Source: Phycisphaerae bacterium (lineage in GTDB: Bacteria > Planctomycetota > Phycisphaerae > SM23-33). From it: DNA of 63,590 nucleotides. Positions 19,717-29,200 of this stretch are shown one piece after another. The position numbers and the translations under genes were made by a program. The stretch is from the NCBI GenBank assembly GCA_003551645.1, contig PUND01000065.1:1-63590 (forward strand), given 5' to 3'. The notes beneath the pieces are model-generated. The model was not told where the DNA came from and did not search any database. It worked only from the letters and a program-made list of their open reading frames with translations. Every line of letters starts with the position of its first letter. The first letter of the stretch is position 1.

Positions 19717-21399
19717 ATGACCGAACCGCAACCCAGACACGCACCCGCCGACGCGGCCACCCGGCGCAAGCTGGAGGCGCTGGCGGCGGAGACCGCCACC
19801 CGCGAGGCGCTGGTCCCGCCGGTGTCGCTGGAGCGGCTCCGCACACTGGCCGCCGGGCTGCTCCGCGAAGCCGGCGCGCCCGACCGCTGGCGCGACTACG
19901 TCATGGTGATCCTCAGCAACGCCGCCTGGCGCGACGCCTTCGCCGACGTGCCCATGAACAAACGCCTGCTTATGCTGCCGCAGTGCCTGCGGCACGATCG
20001 CGACGCCTGCCCGGCGGAAATGGACGGCTTCGGCCTGCTGTGCGGCGACTGCGGCCGATGCCGGATAGGCGAGCTGCGGGCCGTAGCAGAGGCGCTGGGA
20101 TACGTCGTCCTGGTCGCCGAGGGCACAACCGTCGTAACCTCGCTGATAGCGGACGGGCAGGTCGAGGCGATACTCGGCGTAAGCTGCATGAGCGTGCTCG
20201 AGAAGGTCTTCCCATACATCCAGGCGGCAGCGATTCCGGGCATCGCCGTCCCGCTGCTGACGGACGGCTGCTCCGGCACCGAGGTGGACATCGCCGGGGT
20301 GCACGAGGCGATCAACCTCAGCGGCGACGGCGCCACCCGCCGGCTGGACATCGAGGCCGTCCGCCGGGAGGTGCTCGGCTGGTTCAGCGAACGGCGGCTG
20401 GAGGAGATGATGGGCGAGGCCGGCGGCTCGGCCGAGCGCATCGCGCGAGACTGGCTCCTCGCCGGCGGCAAGCGTTGGCGCCCCCTGCTGACGGCCTGCG
20501 CCTACCAGTCGCTGCGCGACGACGAACGAGACGACCTGCCGGTGGAACTCGAAAAAACCGCACTGTCCGTCGAATGCTTCCACAAGGCCTCGCTGATACA
20601 CGACGACATCGAGGACGCCGACGACCAACGTTACGGCCGCGAGACTCTGCACAAGACACACGGAGTCGCGGTGGCGCTGAACGCCGGGGATTTGCTCATC
20701 GGGGAGGGCTACCGGCTGCTCGCCGAGAGCGGCCTGGACGCCGCGAGAACCGCCCGCATGGTCCGCTCGGCGGCCGAGGCCCACCGCCGGCTGTGCGGCG
20801 GACAGGGAGATGAGCTTTCCTGGGCCAGCCGGCCCGGACCGCTGCCGGTGGAGAAGATGCTGGACATCTTCTCGCGAAAGACCTCACCGAGTTTCTACCT
20901 CGCACTGCACCTCGGCGCGATATGCGCCGGCGGGGACCGTGAAATCGACCCACACCTCCGCCTGTACAGCGACTCGGTCGGCATCGCCTACCAGATTCAC
21001 GACGACCTGCGGGACCTCCACTCGCCAGGCGGCGCCGGCGACCTGGACGCGAATCGGCTGTCGGTGGTCCTGGCGGCCGCGTGGGAGCACGCCGACGAAC
21101 AGGGCAGAACACAGCTGGAGGCGGCGCTTCGCAAACCCGCCTCCGACGCCGGCCGCGGCCGGGAGATGTCGCGGCTGCTGAACCGGACACGCGCCGTCCA
21201 TACCGCCCGGCAACTGCTGCAAATGCACAAGCAACAGGCGATCCGCTCGCTGGACGGCCTGCGATGCGCCCCGCTTAAGGCGCTTTTGAGACGACTACTG
21301 GGCAAGATATTCGGCGACGCCGAGGAACTGGGCTGGTGTGCTGACCATTCGGCTGCAAATGCTCCACTGGGCGAGCTTGGCTCGCAACAGACTGCCTGA
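19717..21399 (+). CDS. DUF116-like Cys-rich domain fused to a trans-isoprenyl diphosphate (polyprenyl) synthase
   Basis: N-terminal LPQCLR..CP..CGDCGRC..VAEG..GVSC; C-terminal GGKRWRP, FARM HKASLIHDDIED, RKT and SARM YQIHDDLRD. Confidence 0.9.
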   Translation: MTEPQPRHAPADAATRRKLEALAAETATREALVPPVSLERLRTLAAGLLREAGAPDRWRDYVMVILSNAAWRDAFADVPMNKRLLMLPQCLRHDRDACPAEMDGFGLLCGDCGRCRIGELRAVAEALGYVVLVAEGTTVVTSLIADGQVEAILGVSCMSVLEKVFPYIQAAAIPGIAVPLLTDGCSGTEVDIAGVHEAINLSGDGATRRLDIEAVRREVLGWFSERRLEEMMGEAGGSAERIARDWLLAGGKRWRPLLTACAYQSLRDDERDDLPVELEKTALSVECFHKASLIHDDIEDADDQRYGRETLHKTHGVAVALNAGDLLIGEGYRLLAESGLDAARTARMVRSAAEAHRRLCGGQGDELSWASRPGPLPVEKMLDIFSRKTSPSFYLALHLGAICAGGDREIDPHLRLYSDSVGIAYQIHDDLRDLHSPGGAGDLDANRLSVVLAAAWEHADEQGRTQLEAALRKPASDAGRGREMSRLLNRTRAVHTARQLLQMHKQQAIRSLDGLRCAPLKALLRRLLGKIFGDAEELGWCADHSAANAPLGELGSQQTA

Positions 21400-22219
21400 A
21401 GGGCCTGAGCCGGTCCGGGCGTTCCTGGAATCCAGGCGACTCGCCGGCGGCGGGTTCTCCGGCCGGGACGACAAGCCGGACCTGTACTACACGTCCTTCG
21501 CAGCAGATCTGTTCCGGGCGCTGGGCGGCGACGACCCGCCGCCCGGGCTTACCGACTATCTCGATCGCGCCCTGACCGGCACAGCCGATATGGACCTGGT
21601 CCACCTGTGCTGTCTCATCAGGTCCCGGCGGTCGCTGGGGCTTGCCTGCGACGGACGGTTCGCCGACCGGCTGGCCGAGTTTCGCAGCGCGGACGGCGGG
21701 TTCGCGACCTCCCCGAACGCCAGGACCGGAAGCAGCTACGGGGCGTTCCTGGCTGTGGGGGCGTGGGAGGAACTGGACTCTCCCCCCGAAGACATCAACG
21801 CCGTCGCCGAGAGCGTCCTTGCTCTTCGCTGCCGGGGCGGAAGCTTCGCCAACGACTCCCACCTGCGGATCGGCTCGGTACCCGGCACGGCCGCGGCGGT
21901 GGTGGCTTTGAGACACATGGACCGGCCCGCGGACCCTGAAAGCGCCGATTGGCTGAGCAAACGGCAACTCGCCTCCGGCGGGTTTGAACCGGTCGCCGGA
22001 CTGGGCCGCGCCGATTTGCTTTCGACCGCAACGGCGATGGCCGCCCTCGCCGGCGAAGGGCGGCTGACCGGCGAACAGGCCGAAGCGGCCGTGCCGTTCG
22101 TACACCGGCTGTATCGCGGCGGCGGGTTCGCGGCCTCCGAAGACGACCGCGGCGCCGACTGCGAATACACCTGGTATGCGCTGCTGGCACTGGGTCTTCT
22201 GGAGGAGGACCAGGCGTGA
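21338..22219 (+). CDS. Prenyltransferase/squalene oxidase repeat protein (GGTase-beta-like alpha-alpha barrel)
   Basis: Repeated GGF motifs (AGGGF, ADGGFA, GGSFA, ASGGFE), DLYYT, DLLSTATA and DCEYTWYAL. Confidence 0.85.
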   Translation: MLTIRLQMLHWASLARNRLPEGPEPVRAFLESRRLAGGGFSGRDDKPDLYYTSFAADLFRALGGDDPPPGLTDYLDRALTGTADMDLVHLCCLIRSRRSLGLACDGRFADRLAEFRSADGGFATSPNARTGSSYGAFLAVGAWEELDSPPEDINAVAESVLALRCRGGSFANDSHLRIGSVPGTAAAVVALRHMDRPADPESADWLSKRQLASGGFEPVAGLGRADLLSTATAMAALAGEGRLTGEQAEAAVPFVHRLYRGGGFAASEDDRGADCEYTWYALLALGLLEEDQA

Positions 22220-24030
22220 CCGTACCGCACCTGAAAGAGACCCTCGATACGCTCCGCGACCGGCTGCTGGCCGAGCGGTCCGCCCGCGGATGCTGGACCG
22301 GCCGGCTCTCCACCAGCGCCCTTGCGACGGCCACGGCGGTTACCGCTCTGACCATCGCCGAGCCGGAGACCGCCGGCGAGCAAATAGAAGGCGGACTCGA
22401 CTGGCTCCGGACCAACGCCAACAGCGACGGCGGTTGGGGCGACAGCCCGGAAAGCCCGAGTAACCTCTCTACCACCGTGCTGGGCTGGTCCGCATTCGCC
22501 GCGGCCGGCAGGGCGGACGACGAGTGCGCCGCCGCTGCCGAGTCGTGGATAGACCGCGCCGTCGGCGGGCTGGATACGGACAAGCTTCTCGGCGCGATTG
22601 TCGGCTCATACGGCGGCGACCGGACCTTCTCGACGCCGATCCTGGCAATGACCGCGCTTGCCGGACGGCTCGGCCCCGGCCGGGACACCTGGCGGCACGT
22701 GCCACCTCTGCCATACGAACTCGGCGCGCTTTCGCACCGCTGGCTGCGCCGCCTGCGGCTGCCGGTGGTCAGCTATGCGTTGCCGGCGCTTATCGCGGTC
22801 GGCCGGCTGAGGCGATGCCGGCTGCGGCCGCGAAACCCGATAACACGGCTGGTCCGCCGGCTCGCCGATGGCCCGGCCCTGCGGAAGCTCGAACACATCC
22901 AGCCCGAAAGCGGCGGCTACCTGGAGGCCCCGCCGCTGACGGCGTTCGTGGTGATGTCGCTGGTCTCCTGCGGAGCGGCGGAGCACCCCGCGGTGCCGCG
23001 GGGGCTGCGGTTTCTGCACGATACGGTCCGGCCCGACGGCGGCTGGCCCATCGACACCGACCTGGCGACCTGGCTTACGTCCCTGTCGGTCCGCGCGCTT
23101 GCCGCCGACGGGTGTCCTCCGCCGCGATTCACGGCCGAAGACCGCCGTACGACACTTCAATGGCTGCTGGACTGCCAACTGCGACGCGTGCATCGCTACA
23201 CCGAGGCCCCGCCCGGCGGCTGGGCTTGGACCGACCGCTCAGGCGGGGTCCCCGACGCCGACGACACCTCCGGCGCCATGCTCGCCCTGCGACTGCTGGA
23301 CGGCGACGACCCGAGCCGCGCCCGGGCGGCCGAGTTCGCCGCCGACTGGCTCGGAGGGCTGCAGAACCGCGACGGGGGAATCCCGACGTTCTGCCGCGGG
23401 TGGGGCCGGCTTCCGTTCGACCGCAGCGCGGCCGACCTGACCGCCCACGCCGTCGCCGCATGGTCCGCCTGGCCGCCTGCCGGCGACCGGGCCGGCGAGA
23501 GGATGTCCCGCATCAAGCGGGCGGTCGCATACCTGGCGCGGGCACAACGAGCCGACGGCGCCTGGCTGCCGCTGTGGTTCGGCAACCAGCACACGCCTGA
23601 TATGACCAACCCGGTTTACGGGACCGCTCGCGTGCTGATAGGGCTTTGCGGCGCGGACGCCGCGAACAACACGCCCGACGCGCTGAGCCGTGGGGCCGGA
23701 TGGCTGCTGTCGGTCCAGCGGTCCGACGGCGGATTCGGCGGCGACTCGGACGGGCCTTGTTCCATCGAGGAGACCGCGGTAGCCGTATCGGCCCTGTCGG
23801 CCGTCGGCCTGCGTATGCCGGATGAGCCGCGGCTGCCCGATGCCGTGCGGCGCGGAGCGATGTGGCTTATCGAACACACAGACGGCGGAAACGTAACGCC
23901 CGCCACGCCCATAGGGCTTTACTTCGCCAGACTGTGGTATTCCGAGAAGCTGTACCCGCTTATTTTCTCCACTGAGGCCCTGGCACGGGCCGGGGCATTG
24001 CTGCATCGTCGCTACGAAGGCGATACGTGA
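22216..24030 (+). CDS. Class II terpene cyclase (squalene-hopene cyclase-like)
   Basis: Catalytic DxDD motif (PDADDTS) and at least six QW-type repeats (NANSDGGWG, VRPDGGW, LQNRDGG, AQRADGAW, VQRSDGGFG). Confidence 0.88.
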   Translation: MTVPHLKETLDTLRDRLLAERSARGCWTGRLSTSALATATAVTALTIAEPETAGEQIEGGLDWLRTNANSDGGWGDSPESPSNLSTTVLGWSAFAAAGRADDECAAAAESWIDRAVGGLDTDKLLGAIVGSYGGDRTFSTPILAMTALAGRLGPGRDTWRHVPPLPYELGALSHRWLRRLRLPVVSYALPALIAVGRLRRCRLRPRNPITRLVRRLADGPALRKLEHIQPESGGYLEAPPLTAFVVMSLVSCGAAEHPAVPRGLRFLHDTVRPDGGWPIDTDLATWLTSLSVRALAADGCPPPRFTAEDRRTTLQWLLDCQLRRVHRYTEAPPGGWAWTDRSGGVPDADDTSGAMLALRLLDGDDPSRARAAEFAADWLGGLQNRDGGIPTFCRGWGRLPFDRSAADLTAHAVAAWSAWPPAGDRAGERMSRIKRAVAYLARAQRADGAWLPLWFGNQHTPDMTNPVYGTARVLIGLCGADAANNTPDALSRGAGWLLSVQRSDGGFGGDSDGPCSIEETAVAVSALSAVGLRMPDEPRLPDAVRRGAMWLIEHTDGGNVTPATPIGLYFARLWYSEKLYPLIFSTEALARAGALLHRRYEGDT

Positions 24031-24377
24031 AACTGATATACTCAAACGTGAAGGGCTTTCAGCCGGCAGCGAAACGGCCGGCGGCTTTGAGACGCCTTAA
24101 TTCGCGACCCATTGACAGGGCCGAGCGGAAAAGCCGTTCAAGCAGCCACTGTCATACGCGGCTGTGCGTCGCGTGTGCGAACGTTTTGCGTTGCGATGGG
24201 CCGAGTACCGAGGCCGTCCGGAAATGCGTGGCAAGTGAGTTAATGACTTACGACAGAAGTACGGAACTGTTTGGGGCTGATGCTTCAACAGCGGCCGACC
24301 GGAGGTCCGAAGGACCGGCAGTCATCAGCCGGAGCCGTGAGGCCCCGGAGCACTAACGATTGCGGAAACAAGCCGAC

Positions 24378-25574
24378 ATGAAGCAGGCAATCATCCTGGT
24401 CCTGATAATGGGCGCCGCGTTCGCGGCGCTGCTCCTGTTGCGGATGCGCGACGACAGCGACGCTGATGCCGATCCGCCTCGGCCGCGGGAGGAACCCGCG
24501 CAAATCAACGCCCGTGGAGACTGGCCGATCTTCCGGGGCGATGCGGCGCTGCAGGCCCACAGCCCGACCGAGCTGCCCCGGCGGCTGCGGCTTATCTGGC
24601 GACAGGACACCGCAGCGCCGATCAACAGCTCGCCGGTAATCGCCGACGGTCTGGTCTTCGTCGGCAACGACGACGGAAAGCTGCTGGCCCTTCGGCTCAG
24701 CGACGGCCGGGAGCAATGGTCGTTCGCCGCGGCCGACCCGATAGTCGCGCCGCCGATGGTCGCGGACGGCTCGGTCTATGTCGGCACGCTTGCCGGGGAC
24801 CTGCTGCGGCTGGACGCCGCCGACGGCGAGAAGCTCTGGTCATACGCCACCGGCGGTGAGATTCACGGCTCGGCCAACTCCGCCGGCAGCGGCGACCAAC
24901 TGCGGATACTGGTGGGCAGCTACGACGGCAAGCTGCACTGCGTGCGCGCCTCCGACGGGCACGGGCTTTGGACGTACCAGACCGACAACTACGTTCACGG
25001 CGCCCCGGCCGTCGCCGACGGGCTGGCCGTCTTCGGCGGCTGTGACTTCAACATCCACACCGTCGGCATCGAAGACGGACAACCCGCCGGGAGCGTCCAT
25101 CTGGGGCAGGGTTCATACGTCGCCGCCTCCGTCGCCGTCGCCGACGGCAGGGCCTACGCGGGCACGCACGACAACAGCTTCGTGGCCGTTGAACTTCCAG
25201 AAGGCCCGATCCGATGGGAACAGACCGCCGGCGGCGCCTTTTTCAGCCCGCCGGCGATAGCCGACGGCATGCTGGTTATCGGCTGCCGCGACCGGAACGT
25301 TTACTGCTTCGACGCCCGGACCGGAGAGCTTGTCTGGAGCTTCCTGACAGGCGGCGATGTTGACGGCGGGGCGGTTGTCGCCGGCCGGCGCGTGGTGGTC
25401 GGCTCGGCCGGCGGCAAGCTGTACCTGCTGGACCTCGCCGACGGCCGCGAGATATGGTCCCACACGCTGGGCGGGCCGATAAAGACCACGCCGGCGGTGG
25501 TCGAGGGCGCAGTCGTGGTCGGCTGCGAGGACGGCTTCGTGTACGCCTTCGCCCCCGAGGAGCCGGAGCAATGA
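24378..25574 (+). CDS. Membrane-anchored PQQ/BamB-like beta-propeller protein
   Basis: N-terminal TM segment, DWPIFRGD and eight regular blades (SSPVIADGLVFVG..GKLLAL..W). Confidence 0.9.
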   Translation: MKQAIILVLIMGAAFAALLLLRMRDDSDADADPPRPREEPAQINARGDWPIFRGDAALQAHSPTELPRRLRLIWRQDTAAPINSSPVIADGLVFVGNDDGKLLALRLSDGREQWSFAAADPIVAPPMVADGSVYVGTLAGDLLRLDAADGEKLWSYATGGEIHGSANSAGSGDQLRILVGSYDGKLHCVRASDGHGLWTYQTDNYVHGAPAVADGLAVFGGCDFNIHTVGIEDGQPAGSVHLGQGSYVAASVAVADGRAYAGTHDNSFVAVELPEGPIRWEQTAGGAFFSPPAIADGMLVIGCRDRNVYCFDARTGELVWSFLTGGDVDGGAVVAGRRVVVGSAGGKLYLLDLADGREIWSHTLGGPIKTTPAVVEGAVVVGCEDGFVYAFAPEEPEQ

Positions 25575-26278
25575 ACAACGATGCGCAAATCGCACAGATG
25601 GAGCATGTGGCGCGGTGGTTCCAGCAGCCGGACCGGACAGAGCGGCTGGAGGTGCTGCGGGATGTGTCGCTGCAAGTCGCGGCGGGCGAGTCGCTGGCTG
25701 TCGTGGGCCCCAGCGGGTCGGGCAAAAGCACGCTGCTGAACCTTCTGGCCGGGCTGGACAGGCCCAGTTCCGGGCGGGTGACTGTGGACGGCCGGGAGGT
25801 GTCCGGCCTCGACGACGATGCCCGCAGCCGGCTGAGATGCGAGCGGATCGGCATAGTCTTCCAGCTACACCATCTCCTGCCACAGTGCAGCGTGATGGAG
25901 AACGTCCTCATCCCCACGCTGGCGCCGGGGGCGCCGGAAGCGGCGTCGGCGCCGCGGCGCGCGAGCGACCTTCTGGAGCGCGTCGGCCTGGCCGACCGGC
26001 TGGACCACCGCCCGGGGCAGCTATCCGGCGGTGAGCGCCAGCGCGTGGCGGTGGTGCGGGCGCTGATAAACCGTCCGGCGCTGCTGCTTGCGGATGAGCC
26101 GACCGGATCGCTGGATCGTGCGGCGTCGGAGTCGCTGGCGGACCTGCTGGCGGAGCTGAACCGCGAGCAGGGCGTGGCGATGGTGACGGTCACCCACTCC
26201 ATGCGGCTGGCCGAGCGCATGGGTCGAGTGCTGCAACTGGACGACGGGACGCTTCGGACCGACGGGGAGCGGGCGTGA
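25571..26278 (+). CDS. ABC transporter ATP-binding protein (LolD/MacB-type)
   Basis: GPSGSGKST, LSGGERQRVA, LLADEPTGSLD and VTH. Confidence 0.95.
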   Translation: MNNDAQIAQMEHVARWFQQPDRTERLEVLRDVSLQVAAGESLAVVGPSGSGKSTLLNLLAGLDRPSSGRVTVDGREVSGLDDDARSRLRCERIGIVFQLHHLLPQCSVMENVLIPTLAPGAPEAASAPRRASDLLERVGLADRLDHRPGQLSGGERQRVAVVRALINRPALLLADEPTGSLDRAASESLADLLAELNREQGVAMVTVTHSMRLAERMGRVLQLDDGTLRTDGERA

Positions 26279-29200
26279 ATTATTCCCGGATATGGCTTCG
26301 TTCACTGCGGTTCTACCGGCGGACGCACCTCGGCGTGCTGGCGGCGGTGGCTGTGGCCACGGCCGTGCTGGTCGGCGCGCTTGTAACCGGCGACACCGTC
26401 CGCCACAGCATGCGCCGCATGGCCGAACAACGGCTGGGCGAGGTCGAGTTCGCGGTCGTATCTCCGCATCGGCTGTTCGCCGCGGACCTGGCGGGTCGGC
26501 TGGACCCCGGCTGCTCGGCCGTGCTGGAGCTTGCCGCGGCCGCACAGAGACCCGACGGCGCGGCCCGCGCCGCCGGCGTACGGGTGCTGGGAGTCGATGA
26601 GCGGTTCCGGCGTTTGTCCGCGTCGGCCGATGAGCGGATGCGGCCGGAAGGCAACGAGGCCGTCGTCAACGCCCGCCTGGCCGAGCGGCTGGAAATCGCG
26701 CCCGGCGATGAGCTTGTGCTGCGGCTCGAGACTCCGGGTGTGCTGCCGCTTGATGCGCCGCTGGCGGGGCCGGTGGACGGGACACACCTGTCGGTCCGCA
26801 TCCGGGCGGTGGTCGAGGCCGACAATCTTGGCGATTTCGCACTGACGGCCGACCAGCAGACGCCGCTGAACGTGTTCGTCAGTCGAGAGCTGCTTGCCGA
26901 GCGGATCGGCCGCCCGGGCATGGCGAACCTGCTGCTTATGCCGCGGGGCCTGGCCGACGACGCGGCCGATGCGGATGCACTGGTTCGCCAGAACTGGCGG
27001 CCGGCGGACTCCGGGCTGGAACTGCACCGGCCCGGCGAAGATACGGTCGAGCTGCGCAGCGAGAGGGTATTTCTCGATGCGGCCGTGGTGCGGGCGGCGG
27101 CGGAGCTTGGACCCGCCGCCGGCGTGCTGACATACTTTGTGAACACCTTCGCCACCGACGATGCGGAAGCTCCATACGCCTTCGCGGCCGGAGTCGGACC
27201 GCTAGGCGGCAGGCCGGACGACTGCCCGCTGCTGGATGCGCTGGGGGAGTTGGACGACGATGAGGCGGTCGTCAACGAATGGCTCGCCGAACGCGACCTG
27301 CAGGCGACGCCGGGCGATACGCTGCGAATGAGCTATTACGTTGAGGGCGTGGGCGGGCGGCTAGTCGAGCGGACAAGGGAGTTTGGCATATCGGCCGTGG
27401 TTCCGCTTGCCGGCGCGACCGGCGATTCGACGCTGATGCCGGAGTTTCCCGGCCTGGCCGGCGTCGAGGACTGCCGCAACTGGGACCCCGGCGTGCCGAT
27501 GGACCTGTCGCGCATACGCGACCTCGACCAGAGGTACTGGGACAACCACGGCGGCACGCCCAAGGTATTCGTGAACCTGCCGGCGGCGCGGGAGATGTGG
27601 GGCAACCGCTTCGGCGAGCTGACGGCCATCCGCTGGCCGGCGGCCGACGGAAGCCCGGACGGCATTGCCGAACGCCTCGGGTATCTGATAGACCCGGCCG
27701 AGCTTGGGCTGTACTTCCAGCCGGTGCGGATGCGGGCGATTGACGCGGTCGAGCAGGGCCAGGACTTCGGGCAGTTGTTCCTGGGCTTCAGCATGTTCCT
27801 TATCGGCTCGGCGGTGCTGCTGACGGGGCTGTTGTTCGTATTCGGCGTTCAGCAGCGGAGGGAGGAGGTCGGCACGCTGCTTGCCGTCGGCTGGACCAAG
27901 GACCAGGTCCGGCGGCTGCTGCTGACAGAGGGCGCCGTTGTGGCGGTCGTCGGCGGACTTATCGGCGCCCCGGCCGGGCTTGGCTATACGGCGGCGGTCG
28001 CCTGGGCGATGGAGACGTTCTGGCCGCGTGCGGTCGCCGGCGGAAGGCTTGCGCTGCATGCCGGCTGGGTGTCGCTGGTGCTGGGAACGGTCTCGGCGGT
28101 GACGATAGCGGTACTTGCCATGTGGCTTACGCTGCTGCGGCAGATGCGCCGCGATGTGCGTGAGTTGCTGGCCGAAGCGGCCGAGCCGCCTCCACCGCCT
28201 CGGCTGCGGCGGCTGGGATATCTGCCGGCGCCTCTGTGTGCGGCGGCGGCTGGTGTGCTGCTGGCGGCCGGGCCTGGGCTTGGCCCGCAGGCGGCGGCGT
28301 GGTTCTTTGCGGCGGGCGCGTTGCTGCTGGCGGCCTTCGTGACCGGCCTGTATGCGGCTCTGGGACGGCTGTCGGGGAGGTCGCGCCGGTCGCTTGGCTG
28401 GTGGTCGCTGGCGGCCCGCAATGTCGCGCGTCGTCGCGGGCGGAGCGTGGCGGTGGCGGCGCTGCTGGGCTGTGCGAGTTTCATGGTAGTCGCCGTGGGG
28501 GCGAACCGACTCGGCGTCGGCGAGGATGTGTCTGAGCGGTCCGGTCCTGCCGGCGGGTTCGAGCTTATGGCGCGTTCGTCACTGCCGATTGCGGAAGACC
28601 TGCACACCGCCGATGGCAGGAGGGAATTCGGGCTGGACGCCGAGACGGCGGAGTCGGCCGAGGCAGTGGCCTTTCGCGTACACGACGGCGATGAGGCGAG
28701 TTGCCTGAACATAGGCAGGGCGCAGCGGCCGCGACTGCTGGGCGTCCGTCCGGAGGTGCTGGACGGCCGGGGGGCATTTCGCTTTGTGGAGCTTGCCGAG
28801 CAGGCCGATGTGGAAAGCCCGTGGGGCGTGCTGGATATGGAGCTTGCCGAGGGCGAGATCCCGGTCATCGGCGACCAGCCGACGCTGCGATGGTCCCTCA
28901 ACAAGGGACTCGGCGACACCGTCGAGTACACTGATGAGCATGGCGGGCCTTTCCGGCTGAGGATTGTCGGCGTCATCGCATCTTCGGTGCTCCAGGGCAA
29001 TCTGGTGATATCGGAGGAGCATTTCCGGCAGCGGTTCGGGTCCGTCGGCGGCTACCGGATGGCGCTTTTCGACGCCCCGGCCGGCGATACCGACCGGCTA
29101 GCTGAGATGCTCACACGCGCCGGCGAGCCGGTGGGCCTGGAGGTGACGACTACGGCTGAGCACCTCGCGGAGTTCCGCCGGGTGGAGAACACTTACCTGT

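Noticed and set aside
19717-24030. Standard hopanoid gene cluster
   Set aside because: No squalene synthase or hpn accessory genes in the window; the companion genes are atypical.
24031-24377. Promoter (TTGACA at 24112) or ncRNA in a 347-bp gap
   Set aside because: No -10 box at correct spacing and no recognisable RNA motif.
8020-25574. PQQ-dependent dehydrogenase call for the propellers
   Set aside because: Only the fold motif is visible; no pqq genes and no identifiable PQQ/Ca ligand set.
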